Below, one piece after another: positions 61,854 through 64,000 of a stretch of 64,000 nucleotides of DNA. A program made the translations under genes and the position numbers. The stretch spans positions 544,001 through 608,000 of the forward strand of contig CAWEMM010000007.1 in assembly GCA_963810095.1 (NCBI GenBank). The letters are read 5' to 3'. The DNA is from an uncultured Chloroflexia bacterium (lineage in GTDB: Bacteria > Chloroflexota > Anaerolineae > CG2-30-64-16). Position 1 is the stretch's first letter; every line of letters begins with the position of its first letter. The notes below the pieces were generated by a model that was given only the letters and a program-made list of their open reading frames with translations, did not search any database and was not told the origin of the DNA.

Positions 61854-63597
61854 CTACTTCTCCGTCCGCACCCACTCCAGATCGGCCAGGAACAGCGTGC
61901 CGCTCGGCGTCTGGTCGAAGACCAGCGCGACTTCGCAAATATCCGCCAGGTCCAGGCTTGCGAATGCAGAAAGGGGGATGCGGATTGTCGTCAGCGGCAC
62001 CCGCCCCGTGAAGAGGCCGCCGAATGTTGCGTCGGCCAGCAGTTCGCCCGCCGGGTAACGCAGGGCCGGCTCGTCGGGCCCCACAGCCACACGTGCGGTC
62101 TTCCCTGCGCCGTCCGTCATCTGCACGGCGAAACTCTGGCTCTGCCCCCTCGCATTGCGCTCTGACAGCGGATCTACCGCTGCCCGCAGGCTGACGGCCA
62201 CAGCCTGGTGCAGGTCACCCTTGCCCGGCGGGATCGCGAAGCGCCACGCCGCGACTCGTTGCACGGCGCCGGCGCTGTCCCAACTTACCACGGCCAGCGC
62301 GGGTTGGCCGGGCACGACAACAGTCGCCCGCCGGCACGGCTCGGTCCCGGGCCGGGTCAACGGCGTGTAGCTGCCCGCGTCGCAGAAGAACGCGCTGACT
62401 CCTTGTGTCTGCACGGCTCCGCCAAGACGGTTCGTCGTGAGTTCGCCGTCCACGGCCGGTGCGAAGAGCGCCGTGCGTCCTGCTGCCGGATACAGCGTCG
62501 CCACTCGGGCCTCAAGCCCTCCTACCTGCGTCAGTGCGGGCAGCGCCGGGCTCATACCGAGCCATCGCAACCCCTGCTCGCCGGCCGTGGACCCATCGAA
62601 GATCGTGTCGAAGAACGCGTCTGCGTACTGAGTCAGAAACGTCTGCTGGGTCTGGGGATCGAGCAGCGAGGTGCAGTCTGGCCGGCCGGGCGTGCCGAAC
62701 GGGTCGGCGCCGAGCGTCGTGTTGAACCCGTTATGGTTGGCGCGCTCGATGAACGCGGATGTCACCCACGCTTGTGGCCGGCCTCGCCAGGCGCGCGCCT
62801 TCATAGAAATGCTGCCCGTCCTGCTCGGTGACGTCGCCGTCACACATCGGGAGGATGATGCCCAGGGGAACCGGCGTGCCCGGCGCCGGGTCGGTGAAGC
62901 CCGGCGACGGCGCGACCATGAGGATGCCCGCAGGGGGGGCGTAGCTCCCTGCCCCGGTGGCGACCATCCCCGTGCCCGTGGCCAGCAACAGCGCCTGGTC
63001 GCCGCCGCGCGAGTGACCAACGAACGCAAGCCGCTGCGTATCGACCTTGCCCTCGAGGTCGACGCCAAAGCCATTCGCGCCGCCCGCCGATGCGGCCGCC
63101 AGCGCGGCCAGCTGCTTGTCGACGATCTGCGTGAGGCGCTCGCCGGCAACCGGCTCGCCGAAGCCAAACGTATTCTCCGCGTTGATATTGATCGAAAGGG
63201 CGACGTAGCCGTTGGCGGCCAGGTGCTCGGCCAGGTAGGTAAAACCGCGGTAGTTGGGCTGCTCCAGCGCCGGGTCACACGGCCAGCGGTCGACGTGGTC
63301 GATCTCCGGGCAGCCGGGGTGCGTGCCGTGCAGGATGACGATGACCGGGAACGGTCCCTCACCCTCGTTCGGGACTGCGATGACCCCGTTCAGCCGCACC
63401 GGCATGTTGTGAAACCGGCTGTCTTCGGGAAAGTTGGCTTGCACGACGGTCGCTTCGCCCAGGTCGTACTCGACGGCCGCCGGGCGCGCGTCCGGGGTGG
63501 CCGCGGGGGATGGCAACGCTGCCGGCGCCGCGGCGGGTGGCAGCGGCACGCACCCGGCCAGGAGCAAGGCCAGCGTCGCAAGGATCAGCACGCGCAT
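61854..63597 (-). CDS. alpha/beta-hydrolase lipoprotein; frameshift near 62790
   Basis: LLAGC lipobox; PFPVIVILHG, GHSRGG, DGDV; ANHNGFNT in the second frame. Confidence 0.8.
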
Positions 63598-63671
63598 TTT
63601 ACTTCTCCAACAACAGCGCGATCAGGCCGAGGACGCCGCCCGCGGCCATTGTCGTCAGCCCCCGAAGTCGC

Positions 63672-64000
63672 TCATTCCGATTCTACGTCCGGCAGAACCG
63701 GCTGCGTCTGCCAGTTGTAGCGCTGCGCCAGCGTGCGAACCACAATGAACAGGGCGATCACGATCCAGGCCGCCACGGTCGCTGCGACGTGCAGATAGAC
63801 CTCCAGTACGACGAACAGGATGCACGAGATGAACCCGGCCGACAGGTAGAACCGGCCCGGCTTGAGCACGGCGGGGGTATTGCCCACCGTGATGTCACGC
63901 AGGATGCCGCCGCCGAAGCCGTTAATCATGCCGATCAGCACCACGCCCGGCAGCGTCATGCCGGCCACGAGCGAGAGCTGCATGCCGACCGTGGCAAAGG
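63672..64000 (-). CDS. TRIC/UPF0126 family protein, 5' end outside the window
   Basis: GMINGFGGGILRDI. Confidence 0.8.
   Translation of the reverse strand, partial: FATVGMQLSLVAGMTLPGVVLIGMINGFGGGILRDITVGNTPAVLKPGRFYLSAGFISCILFVVLEVYLHVAATVAAWIVIALFIVVRTLAQRYNWQTQPVLPDVESE

Noticed and set aside
3268-63597. Programmed frameshifting or mass pseudogenisation (oxidase, winged-helix gene, giant gene, SulP, kinase, sulfatase, SHOCT, DUF1254, hydrolase)
   Set aside because: Single-base indels are scattered over unrelated genes, some compensating, with intact catalytic motifs and no consistent slippery sites. Long-read consensus error is more parsimonious; read mapping is needed to confirm.

Overview
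GC-rich bacterial window. Gene content points to Chloroflexota, probably Anaerolineae/Caldilineae-like (inferred from Pro/Thr-linker lipoproteins, 'YLPL'-type motifs and a giant LamG surface protein). About 40 genes are present, and at least nine are broken by single-base indels that look like long-read assembly errors. 1-13 kb: secreted, redox and envelope genes (CnaB-type adhesin, SnoaL, DinB, Tat multicopper oxidase, Mo-oxidoreductase, XRE, FGE-fold protein, CruF-like, CapA). 13.6-28.6 kb: one giant (~5,000 aa) secreted gene with Ca-binding repeats, an internal hydrophobic helical region, six LamG domains and Ig-like domains. 30.58-30.92 kb: a highly structured ~340-nt non-coding region with its own promoter and terminator that I cannot assign to a known RNA family; this is the top finding. 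It is followed by LysM and DPBB cell-wall genes, SulP, and a membrane CHAT protease paired with an SH3 protein. 38-64 kb: a cluster around a MalT-like STAND/LuxR regulator with K+ channel, KtrAB, arylsulfatase, DUF1269 x2, SHOCT, DUF1254/1214, TRIC x2, MFS and a TM-helix repeat protein, with a shared upstream DNA motif at three genes. Several REP-like palindromic elements occur. I found no rRNA, tRNA, CRISPR array, transposase or integrase.
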